Part shown: in pieces, positions 6,862 through 15,680 of the stretch
How the letters are laid out: every line of letters starts with the position of its first letter
Position numbering within the stretch: position 1 is the stretch's first letter
Assembly: GCA_902464635.1 (NCBI GenBank)
Contig: CABQKC010000002.1
Span: forward strand, 22,491 to 86,490
DNA length: 64,000 nucleotides
Source: an uncultured Bacillales bacterium
Lineage (GTDB): Bacteria; Bacillota_I; Bacilli_A; RFN20; CAG-826
Direction: 5' to 3'
The notes under the pieces: generated by a model
Seen by the model: only the letters and a program-made list of their open reading frames with translations
Told to the model about the DNA's origin: nothing
Databases searched by the model: none
Position numbers and translations under genes: made by a program

Positions 6862-9440
6862 CTGAAGCAATGGGAGATTATATTAAGGTTGCTAAAGTCA
6901 ATGATGATTGGAAATCTATCTATGTTGAAGGGGATGGATATGATACTGGCACAGGAGATAATAGCAATGTTGGGATAATTAATGCTATAACAGTCTATTC
7001 TTTCCCAAATAGCTATCAACTTCTTAGCGATACTATAAAAGAACAAAAGAAGAATGATTACATAATCTATCAAGACGCCCCAAGGAAAAAGGAATTAAAT
7101 ATTACCCTTAAGGAAGAATTAGTTCCTACTAACCAATATTTAGTCGAAGTCTATTTTGCTTCCGATATGGATAATGTTAAACGCGCCAATGTATCCTTCT
7201 CTTCTTTATTTGAATCCGAGATTTGGAAAAATAAATATGAATATGAAGGGGATGATTTAGGATTATCATTCAAGGATGCCTCTAAACCAAATAGGGCAAC
7301 ATTCAAATTATGGTCCCCATTAGCATTTGATGTTAAGTTATATGCCTACCAAAAAAGTGCTCCTTTGGCTTATTTTGACCATTATGTTGGGGGAACTGCC
7401 TTTAAGAATGTCTACCAAATGAAATATACTTCAAAAGGTGTCTATGAAGCGGTAGTCGACTTAAAAGAAGAAGATAAATTCTATACTTATTATGTAAGCA
7501 ATATCGAAGGTCAATTCGAGACTATCGACCCATATGCCAAAGCTAGCGGCATCAATGGAATTAGAGGGGCAATATTAAATAACAATCAATGGAAAGAAAC
7601 TGATCCAGAAGGATTTTCTTCCATCAGGGGAAATACTTCTTCTTATCCATTTACCCATATAAATACCTTAAATGATTTAGATATCTATGAAGTTCATATC
7701 CGTGATTTCACTGCTTCTAATTCCTGGGTTTCTAATAATGATAATAGAAGGGGTACCTATAATGCCTTCGTTGAAGAAGGTACGACTTATGAAGGGGTAT
7801 CGACTGGATTTGACTCACTTAAGGAACTAGGGGTTTCGGCCGTCCAGCTTTTACCTGTATTCGACCAGGATAATGATGAAAGAGTATGGCTAAATAAAGA
7901 TGGAACCTATAGAAAATATCCTACCTATAACTGGGGATATAATCCAAGTAACTATAATGTTATAGAAGGTGCATATGCTTCTAATCCAGAAGATGAACTC
8001 AATAGGATTACGGAATTCAAGAACCTAGTCAAGAAATGTGCCGATTACGACATTAGAGTCATAATGGATGTTGTCTACAACCATGTTTCTAGCGTTTCTA
8101 AGTCTAGTTTTACCAAAACCATGCCTCAATATTATTTCAAGGTTGATGAAAATGGTACCTATATCGACCAAACAGGATGTAACAATACCCTTGATTCATC
8201 TAAGGGAATGGTTGAACGCTATATAATCAATTCAGTTTGCTTCTACGCAAAAGAATACGGAATAAAAGGTTTTAGATTCGATTTGATGGGATGTTTAGAA
8301 ACTTCTACGATGAGAAAACTAAAAGATGCCTTATATGAAATCGATCCTGAAATCGTTGTCTATGGCGAAGGATGGAGAGGAAGTGGATTTGCTAGTTCAA
8401 CCCAAGCTGGAAAGGAAAATGTCTATCAATATCTAGGGGATAATGGCAAGGGGGAAGTCGGTGCTTTTAATGATGGAGGCAGAAACGGACTTAAAGGTGA
8501 TACAAAATGGGCTGATATTGTTCCTTCTTATGGCTTTATGGGACAAGGTCCTTCCGATTTAAGCGAAGATACAATGTATGATGCAACCTGCACTTATCTA
8601 GGTGAAAATAGGCATGTAACGCAATCTGGAATCGCAACTAGCCCAACCCAAACGATAAATTATGTCGATTGCCACGATAATTATACTTTATATGATTCGC
8701 TTAATTATATGTATGATGGAGGGAAGAATTGCAATAACGATACTAACCCAATTCAAGATGCTACTATTGCTACGATGAGTTATGTAATCCTCTCCCAAGG
8801 TGCTGCCTTTATCCATGGGGGAAGTGAATTCTTTAGGCAAAAGATCATGAAAAAAGATGATCCTAATATCGATTTATTAAAGGATTCCATCAAAGTGCAT
8901 GAGACCTATATCGAAGGTGATGGATTTGAAATCCCAGGTGGCGATGGGGATTATCTAGTCAGGAATTCCTATCAATATGGAGATTCGGTCAATGCTTTTG
9001 ATTGGTCTAGGAAAGTCAAATACCTTTCTTATTTCAATAAGATAAAAGAGGCCATATCTACTAGAAAAGCGTTAGTAAAAGAAGGAAGGCTCGGAGTTAA
9101 CTACAACGCTATCCAAGGTTCCTATAAGGATGGTGAAGGAAACATTAAGAAATATAGCCGTCTATGGGATGATTTGGTGCAACGCGATGCTTCAAATCTA
9201 TTACGTCCAGTTTTGGCAGCCCAGACTGAATTCTCCAAGATGCCAGCTTCTACTAAATTAGATGTCTATTCTTTCCTTGGGGGAAGGATGAATGAAGATG
9301 AATCCATTATCGGAATCGGCAACGGCAAGCTTAGGGTCTTATATGGCTCCAAGCGTAATAAAGGCGATATAATCGAAGTTTCGGATTATAAATTAGCCAT
9401 TAGCAAGCATGAAATGCTATTTGTAGAAAGGATTGCCTAA
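6858..9440 (+). CDS. pulA: type I pullulanase, catalytic portion (GH13); lacks its own signal peptide
   Basis: GH13 regions VIMDVVYNHV, GFRFDLMG, YGEGW and YVDCHDNYTLYD. Frame 3 is open from 6837. The only in-frame ATG near the 5' end is at 6870. Confidence 0.85.
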   Translation: MTEAMGDYIKVAKVNDDWKSIYVEGDGYDTGTGDNSNVGIINAITVYSFPNSYQLLSDTIKEQKKNDYIIYQDAPRKKELNITLKEELVPTNQYLVEVYFASDMDNVKRANVSFSSLFESEIWKNKYEYEGDDLGLSFKDASKPNRATFKLWSPLAFDVKLYAYQKSAPLAYFDHYVGGTAFKNVYQMKYTSKGVYEAVVDLKEEDKFYTYYVSNIEGQFETIDPYAKASGINGIRGAILNNNQWKETDPEGFSSIRGNTSSYPFTHINTLNDLDIYEVHIRDFTASNSWVSNNDNRRGTYNAFVEEGTTYEGVSTGFDSLKELGVSAVQLLPVFDQDNDERVWLNKDGTYRKYPTYNWGYNPSNYNVIEGAYASNPEDELNRITEFKNLVKKCADYDIRVIMDVVYNHVSSVSKSSFTKTMPQYYFKVDENGTYIDQTGCNNTLDSSKGMVERYIINSVCFYAKEYGIKGFRFDLMGCLETSTMRKLKDALYEIDPEIVVYGEGWRGSGFASSTQAGKENVYQYLGDNGKGEVGAFNDGGRNGLKGDTKWADIVPSYGFMGQGPSDLSEDTMYDATCTYLGENRHVTQSGIATSPTQTINYVDCHDNYTLYDSLNYMYDGGKNCNNDTNPIQDATIATMSYVILSQGAAFIHGGSEFFRQKIMKKDDPNIDLLKDSIKVHETYIEGDGFEIPGGDGDYLVRNSYQYGDSVNAFDWSRKVKYLSYFNKIKEAISTRKALVKEGRLGVNYNAIQGSYKDGEGNIKKYSRLWDDLVQRDASNLLRPVLAAQTEFSKMPASTKLDVYSFLGGRMNEDESIIGIGNGKLRVLYGSKRNKGDIIEVSDYKLAISKHEMLFVERIA

Positions 9441-9442
9441 AT

Positions 9443-10609
9443 ATGAGAAAGAATATTGTATTATTAATAACTTTGCCTCTAGTTATGCTAGCTGGGTGTG
9501 CTGGGGAGACTCCATCTAGTTCAAGTCCAATTGAGACTGGGACTGATGAAACTATCTATCACACGGTTACTTTCCATTCTAATGGGGGAAGTGAAGTTAC
9601 TCCAATAAAGGTAAAGCATAATACTTTTGCCAAAGAACCAACTATGCCAACAAAAGAAAATTATAAATTCGGTGGTTGGTATGTCGATAATGATTCATTC
9701 CAAGTCAAATACCTATTTAGGTCGACCTTTGTCACTTCTGATTGGGATTTATATGCAAAATGGGATGAAATGGAGGCTTCTTCAACCAATTCTTCTAGTA
9801 GCGAATCTACTTCGACCTCTAGTAGCGAAGAAAACCATTCGGCAACTATATATTTTGCCGATGCCTCTTGGTGGAATAAAGATGCTGCCTCTACCAATGT
9901 TAGATTTGGCGGAATCGATGATGATACTGGTAGTGGCAGGAAGATGGAACATATCCGTTTTTGCCCGACTACTTACACTAATGTTGGCTATAATTACTGG
10001 AAAATCGATATAGAAGATATTAGGGAAATTAGTTATCTTTCTTTCTTGAGGATGTCAGGAGACGGGGAGACTTATTGGGGAGCTTTCTCTACTACTGAAT
10101 TGCCTCTAGATTTGGCTACTACTAATCTATTCACCATTAAAGATAGCGAAGAAAATTATTCATCTAGTGTAGTCGGCATTTGGTCTACTTATGATCCTAG
10201 CGATATAGGTAATCCTGACGCAATAGAGCCACCTTTACCTCCGGTAGTTGAAGAAGGGTATAAGATTGTTGGTTCAGGTTCATTCCTAAATGAAGGGGAT
10301 GATTGGACTAGTACTTCTGGAGTTTTATTAGAATCTAAGCCAGATACAACTTATCCTGACCAAGTTGGCATTAGGATTAGCTTTGCTATTTCTGATACCT
10401 GGAAAATTCATGATACTAGAGAAGGAGGTACCCTTTGGGCTGGATATGATGCAATTGAAGGCGATCCTTCATTATTGAACGAGACTTATTTTAAAAAAGG
10501 TACCGGTGATAATGTCGTAGTTACTAAAGCAGGTACATTCGATATTTATTTCAAGCCATCCAACTCCAAGATTTGGATTAATCTAGTAACTGAAAGCGGG
10601 GTAGAGTAA
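9443..10609 (+). CDS. surface lipoprotein with a Listeria-Bacteroides (Flg_new) repeat and putative carbohydrate-binding modules
   Basis: Lipobox VMLAGC. YHTVTFHSNGGSEV...YKFGGWYVDND repeat. Ser-rich linker. Trp-rich beta-sandwich-like C-terminal modules. Confidence 0.7.
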   Translation: MRKNIVLLITLPLVMLAGCAGETPSSSSPIETGTDETIYHTVTFHSNGGSEVTPIKVKHNTFAKEPTMPTKENYKFGGWYVDNDSFQVKYLFRSTFVTSDWDLYAKWDEMEASSTNSSSSESTSTSSSEENHSATIYFADASWWNKDAASTNVRFGGIDDDTGSGRKMEHIRFCPTTYTNVGYNYWKIDIEDIREISYLSFLRMSGDGETYWGAFSTTELPLDLATTNLFTIKDSEENYSSSVVGIWSTYDPSDIGNPDAIEPPLPPVVEEGYKIVGSGSFLNEGDDWTSTSGVLLESKPDTTYPDQVGIRISFAISDTWKIHDTREGGTLWAGYDAIEGDPSLLNETYFKKGTGDNVVVTKAGTFDIYFKPSNSKIWINLVTESGVE

Positions 10610-13401
10610 TGAAAAAGTCATCTTGCATACTTTTATTAGCCTTCTCTAGCCTAGCTTTATCTTGCTCAGGAGGGAATTCTTCTAGCGTTTCCTCTTCTTT
10701 TACAAATACTGAAACTTCTTTTTACCAAACATATACATTGATGTTTGCTACTTGTGGGGGTGATTCAATTCAATCTAGCACCCATAAGGAAGGAGAAGAA
10801 ATCGATTTATCTAAATATGTTCCTTCTAGGGCTGGATATTCCTTTATTTCTTGGTGTAAGGAATATGATTCTGCGACTAAGATGGGAAAGATTGGTACTG
10901 AGATTACTTCCTTAAAGATGCCAAAGGGCAATTTGGTGATTTATGCTCGATATAAAAAGGAATCTACTCCAAATCATACCGAAGAAGAATTAAATAAATA
11001 TCTAGCTGCTTTAAAAACCAATTCGGAAGCAAATCATTTCTATTTTCATTATTATCGTTATGATAATTCTCCTTCTAGCTATGAAGATTATGATATCTGG
11101 GCCTGGAATATGGCTCCGAGCGCAAGCGAAGGCCATAAATTCGATTGGATTGGCAGGACTAGTAGTAGCGATGGATTCGATGCTACTGGAGATGCCTCTA
11201 TCGATAGCTTTGGGGGCGCTTATGTCGATATTGATTTAAAGGCAACTTATTCTAGTGGCTGGGACAATACAAATAAAAAGTTCTTAAATAAACCAATGAG
11301 TTTTGATGGATCTAGTAAGATTGGAATCCAGATTGTTAAATCTTCTACTAGAAAATCTGGCAGTGGATTCTGGGTTAATGATGGGTCTAATTTATCAGTC
11401 AAGCTAGATGAATTTGCCCTTGAACTAGAAAATGGAAACAAGGCTTACCATGCCTTTGCCTTGCAAGATCAAGTCCAGACTTCTCTTTCTGCTAAACCAA
11501 TTAGTTCATTATCTTCTCCATTTGATCAAGATGACGGGAGCAATGTCACTTATGGTGATTCTAAATATGATGATGTAAATTGGAACAAAGTTGCCTCTAA
11601 AATGGCAACTTCTAGCGACTTCAAGTCTTTAGGAGTAGGGTATCAAATAATGGTATCTTCTTTTGCTGATAGCGATGGGGATGGCTTTGGGGATATTTAT
11701 GGAATCAGCCAAAAGCTAGATTATCTAAGCGATTTAGGAGTAAAGGTACTTTGGCTTACCCCAATCCAATTATCGTCTTCTTATCATGGCTATGACATTT
11801 CTGATTATACAAAAGTCGATCCTAAGTTTGGGTCTAAGACTTCTCCAAATGCAGTAGATGGCTTAGTAAGTGCCGAATCAGCCTTGCTAGATTATAAAGA
11901 CTTAATCGAAAAAGCCCATGAAAAGGGCATGAAGGTCTTGATGGACTTGGTACTTAACCACACATCTACCAATAATAACTGGTTCATTTCTAGTGCAAAT
12001 CTAGATTCAGACTATAGAGGTTTTTACCAATGGGGGAACCATATTAATAATAAGGATAAGATAAACCAAGGTAATTCCTGGTATCCATATGGGGATCATC
12101 CATATAGCTATTATGCTAAATTCGGTAGCGATATGCCTGAACTTAATTATTCTTATATTTCGACTAGGGAAGCCGTCTATAAGATGACTCTTGATTGGTG
12201 CGAGTTCGGTGTCGATGGATTTAGGCTTGATGCCGTCAAGCATATATTCATGAATGATGAAGTATCTTCTAGCGAAGGTGATTCATTGATTTATGACAAA
12301 TCCGCTTCCGGAGATTATTCTAGCGACCTAACCAAAAACATTCATTTCTTCAATGAACTGAATTACAAACTGAAATCAAAATACCCGAATTCATTCATTG
12401 TAGGGGAGAATTTCGATGGGCATGCGTACCATGTCGCACCTTATTATTCTTCCTTTGATTCGATGTTTGATTTCTATTCCTATTTCAATTTGACATCAGC
12501 CGCGGCAACAGGAAGAAGTAAATCGACTAGTAAATATGGGACTGCTAGCGGATTCTTATCTAATAGTTCTACCTATAATGTTACTAGCGATTCTAATGCA
12601 AGAAACGGCAAGGATAACTTGCTCCAAGTTGCCTCTAATTCAAACTGGAATTTTGTCGATGTATATAAAACCTATAATAAATATAGGGGAGATACATCTT
12701 TGCCAGGTTTATTTACTTCTAATCACGATATAGCACGTGTTATTAATCGCATTGCCGGAAGTGGGGATGCTTCTGGGCTTTCTAACCAAGGAAATGTAAA
12801 TGCATCCAATTACAAATCACTTGAGCAAAGTGCGATGTGCGTGAAGATTGCCTCTATTTTATTCCCTGGAATTACCTGGGTTTATTATGGAGATGAAATC
12901 GGACTTACTGGAAATTTCCCTAGTGGAGTAAGCTCTACTTCTGGATATGCAGACTTATATTATAGGCAGCCAATGAAATGGACCCAGGGACAAAAAGTCA
13001 ATGATGGATCTATGGCTACTGAATATAATGTTACTGGATCTTCAAAGACTGTAAAGCTTGATGAAATCAATTCTTCTAGCCTTGTTAAGTCCGCTAGCGA
13101 ACAGATGACTGATGATAATTCTTCATATTCGAATCTAAAGAAATTCATATCCATCAAGAATTCTTATCCATCATTGATTACAGGTATTTTCGAAGCTTCT
13201 AATTTTGCTTCAGGCAATCTAGCTGCGAATGTCTTGTGTTTTACTAGGACTTTAGGTAGCCAAACCATTAAGGTAGCAGTTAATTTCAATAATACCGAGA
13301 TATCTGCCTATGGCCTAAAAGGGGACATTTTAGGGTCATATAATGGTGCAACCCAAACAAAATTGCCTGCATATTCTGCCATTGCAGTGTTGCAAAAATA
13401 A
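10609..13401 (+). CDS. GH13 alpha-amylase family lipoprotein (amylase/neopullulanase-like) with Flg_new repeat and CBM41-like module
   Basis: Lipobox LALSC. YTLMFATCGG...GYSFISW repeat. HFYFHYYRYDNSPSSYEDYDIWAWN. GH13 regions DLVLNHTS, GFRLDAVKH, VGENFD and FTSNHDIARV. TAATG overlap with the upstream gene. Confidence 0.85.
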   Translation: MKKSSCILLLAFSSLALSCSGGNSSSVSSSFTNTETSFYQTYTLMFATCGGDSIQSSTHKEGEEIDLSKYVPSRAGYSFISWCKEYDSATKMGKIGTEITSLKMPKGNLVIYARYKKESTPNHTEEELNKYLAALKTNSEANHFYFHYYRYDNSPSSYEDYDIWAWNMAPSASEGHKFDWIGRTSSSDGFDATGDASIDSFGGAYVDIDLKATYSSGWDNTNKKFLNKPMSFDGSSKIGIQIVKSSTRKSGSGFWVNDGSNLSVKLDEFALELENGNKAYHAFALQDQVQTSLSAKPISSLSSPFDQDDGSNVTYGDSKYDDVNWNKVASKMATSSDFKSLGVGYQIMVSSFADSDGDGFGDIYGISQKLDYLSDLGVKVLWLTPIQLSSSYHGYDISDYTKVDPKFGSKTSPNAVDGLVSAESALLDYKDLIEKAHEKGMKVLMDLVLNHTSTNNNWFISSANLDSDYRGFYQWGNHINNKDKINQGNSWYPYGDHPYSYYAKFGSDMPELNYSYISTREAVYKMTLDWCEFGVDGFRLDAVKHIFMNDEVSSSEGDSLIYDKSASGDYSSDLTKNIHFFNELNYKLKSKYPNSFIVGENFDGHAYHVAPYYSSFDSMFDFYSYFNLTSAAATGRSKSTSKYGTASGFLSNSSTYNVTSDSNARNGKDNLLQVASNSNWNFVDVYKTYNKYRGDTSLPGLFTSNHDIARVINRIAGSGDASGLSNQGNVNASNYKSLEQSAMCVKIASILFPGITWVYYGDEIGLTGNFPSGVSSTSGYADLYYRQPMKWTQGQKVNDGSMATEYNVTGSSKTVKLDEINSSSLVKSASEQMTDDNSSYSNLKKFISIKNSYPSLITGIFEASNFASGNLAANVLCFTRTLGSQTIKVAVNFNNTEISAYGLKGDILGSYNGATQTKLPAYSAIAVLQK

Positions 13402-13450
13402 GAAAAAGTATCGATAAAATCTAAGCAATTTAATAGGGTTTTAATTATAC

Positions 13451-13478
13451 TTGAAAAACGTCAATTTAATTGTATAAT
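13451..13478 (+). promoter_or_regulatory. sigma-A type promoter
   Basis: TTGAAA (13451-13456), 16 nt spacer, TATAAT (13473-13478). SD AAAGGGG lies just before the ATG at 13505. Confidence 0.5.
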
Positions 13479-13504
13479 GAAACCCGTTTCAAAGGGGAAA
13501 AAGA

Positions 13505-14143
13505 ATGAAAATCAAATCATTACTAAGCCTAATAACATTAGGAGTTGGAGTAGGTGCCTTAGGACTTACATCAGTAGTTTCTTCTAATGCTAAAAATGTG
13601 CCTAATTTAAAGGCAGAGAAAGAAGCTACCGCCGAAACCGGTCCAAAAGTAGGTGATACTGAAGGATGGTTCTTAAAAGGCGGAATAAACGGATGGAACG
13701 AGGATAATCCATTCACTTTTGATGAAACCGGGGTTTATTCGACGACAATCACTTTAACAGATACAAAAGATGCAAAAGCCAATGCATTTAAGTTTTACCA
13801 TAAAGATCCGGAAATTTGGAAAGACTTTTCTGCGATTCAAAATTTTAGGAATATTGACCCGAGCATAATAAAATTAAGTGTTGATGGTGATGGTAATTCA
13901 TCCATCGCTGAAAACGGCACCTATAAGTTTTCTTATGTTCATTCCAATATCTATACAGAAAACGGTGAAAAGAAAAGCAAAACTGCTTTCTGGATGGAAA
14001 AAGTCGGAGAAGAAGTTACTGGTGAAGTAATCTACTTAGGAACTGATCTTGAAATCGTCGAAGGTGAAAGTACAACTAGGGTTGCCGGAAATTATCTTTA
14101 TACATGGAATGATGATGGCACTGGCACACAGAAATATGAATAA
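13505..14143 (+). CDS. secreted starch-binding surface protein, N-terminal fragment (ends at an in-frame TAA inside a CBM)
   Basis: Signal peptide MKIKSLLSLITLGVGVGALGL. Carbohydrate-binding-like GWFLKGGINGWNED. Ends ...YLYTWNDDGTGTQKYE then TAA at 14141-14143. Confidence 0.7.
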   Translation: MKIKSLLSLITLGVGVGALGLTSVVSSNAKNVPNLKAEKEATAETGPKVGDTEGWFLKGGINGWNEDNPFTFDETGVYSTTITLTDTKDAKANAFKFYHKDPEIWKDFSAIQNFRNIDPSIIKLSVDGDGNSSIAENGTYKFSYVHSNIYTENGEKKSKTAFWMEKVGEEVTGEVIYLGTDLEIVEGESTTRVAGNYLYTWNDDGTGTQKYE

Positions 14144-14212
14144 CTTGGTAGTTGGCCTGGAACACCTATAGAAAAACTTAATAGAACTGACTATTTCGGG
14201 CCTTCTAGTTGC

Positions 14213-14842
14213 TTGAATTTTGCTGGAAACGGAGGAATCTATAAGATTGACACATCTTTGTTCCCTAAAGCCAATAGATTCATATTGAGTTATGTAGAAA
14301 ACGGTGAAAAGAAAGCTCAAACAAAGGATATGCGTCACGATGTTACTGGCTGGAAACGTTATTATTCATTCTTCCAAACTCCTGCAACTAGCGGCGGTAC
14401 CGTCGATGGTGATGAAACCGTTTATAATGCGGCAGAATTGGCATTTGATTTATCAAAAGCATTAGAAGGAACAACCCTCATTGCCCCAGGGGGAGAGAAC
14501 AATAGTTATTACTCAGTCTGCAATTTAACTGATAAGGCTCAATTAAAGGGACTAATTGATAAATATGATGCATTAGGCAAAGACAAAGTAACATTTGATA
14601 AATCCACTTACTTGACATATGAATCTGGCGAAGGGGAAACATCAACAAATGATGATATTGCCCTTGCTCAATTGATGAATCAAATTAAAATCAATTATGC
14701 TAAATCGACTAATTCCGTTATGTTCTTAGGTGGCAATTCATCTAACAATGCTACATTAGTTGTTGCAGGAATCTCAGCCGCTACAATCATTGCATCCGCT
14801 TCGATGATAATACTTCGTCGCCATAAGCATAAAAAAGCCTAA
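14213..14842 (+). CDS. C-terminal fragment of the same surface protein (same frame, open from 14144); C-terminal TM anchor
   Basis: Same frame as 13505-14143 with no further stop between them. Codons 14144-14212 read LGSWPGTPIEKLN..., completing a YxW...WPGxP...QTKDM starch-binding motif. C-terminal hydrophobic helix plus RRHKHKKA tail. Confidence 0.65.
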   Translation: MNFAGNGGIYKIDTSLFPKANRFILSYVENGEKKAQTKDMRHDVTGWKRYYSFFQTPATSGGTVDGDETVYNAAELAFDLSKALEGTTLIAPGGENNSYYSVCNLTDKAQLKGLIDKYDALGKDKVTFDKSTYLTYESGEGETSTNDDIALAQLMNQIKINYAKSTNSVMFLGGNSSNNATLVVAGISAATIIASASMIILRRHKHKKA

Positions 14843-14856
14843 TTAATAACATAAAA

Positions 14857-14899
14857 GGCACACTATATTTAGACTTATATAAGTAGTGTGTCTTTTTTT
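14857..14899 (+). terminator. rho-independent terminator
   Basis: GGCACACTA (14857-14865) pairs with TAGTGTGTC (14884-14892), including one G-U pair, and is followed by T7 (14893-14899). Confidence 0.65.
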
Positions 14900-14930
14900 A
14901 TTTATATAAATAAGTATAATTTCCCTTGCG

Positions 14931-15680
14931 ATGAAATTCTCTATTATCTTCCCAATCAAAAACCAAACTGGCATGTTCATTAAAAACCTCAAGGAAAAGG
15001 TCATCCCTTATTTTGAATCCTGTGGTCATGTTTTTGATATTATCGTTGTTCCTAATGGGTCAAGCGAAGAAGAACAATCTAAATTAGAGAAAGATTTATC
15101 GTCTATGCCTCCATATGTAAAAATGCTTCCTTTTAGCAAGATTGGGGCAAAAGGTGCTGCAATTAAAAGAGGGATAGAAGCAAGCAACTGCGATTATGAT
15201 TTATTCATGGATGTTGACCTTGCCACTGATTTAAAAGCCTTTGATATTATTAAAGAAAATATCGGTAAATACGATGCTTTTATAGGGGATAGGGATATGA
15301 AAGGGGCATATTCAGGAAAAAGACCTTTCATAAGACAACTTGGTCATGATGTATCTAAGCAATTGGTCAAATGGAGATTCCATTTCAAGGAAATCAGCGA
15401 TACCCAGTGTGGCTTTAAATGCTTCAAGGATAGTGTTGCCAAAGAGATGATTAAGCATCAGATTATCGATGGGGTTGCCTTTGATGTTGAGTATTGCTAT
15501 TTCCTTTCCTTAAATAAATTCAGGATTAAGCGAATTCCAGTATATTGGATAAATGATGATGCCCATTCATCGATATCATTTGCAAAATCAAGCAAACAGT
15601 TTTCATCCGATTTAGGTAAAATAAAGAAGAATAAAAAGAATTACATACTTCCTAAGGGAGTCAAGGAATCATTATGTTAA
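14931..15680 (+). CDS. family 2 glycosyltransferase (dolichyl-phosphate-sugar synthase-like)
   Basis: FSIIFPIKNQ...IVVPNGSSEEE...DYDLFMDVDLATD (GT2 DxD), about 250 aa, soluble. Confidence 0.7.
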   Translation: MKFSIIFPIKNQTGMFIKNLKEKVIPYFESCGHVFDIIVVPNGSSEEEQSKLEKDLSSMPPYVKMLPFSKIGAKGAAIKRGIEASNCDYDLFMDVDLATDLKAFDIIKENIGKYDAFIGDRDMKGAYSGKRPFIRQLGHDVSKQLVKWRFHFKEISDTQCGFKCFKDSVAKEMIKHQIIDGVAFDVEYCYFLSLNKFRIKRIPVYWINDDAHSSISFAKSSKQFSSDLGKIKKNKKNYILPKGVKESLC

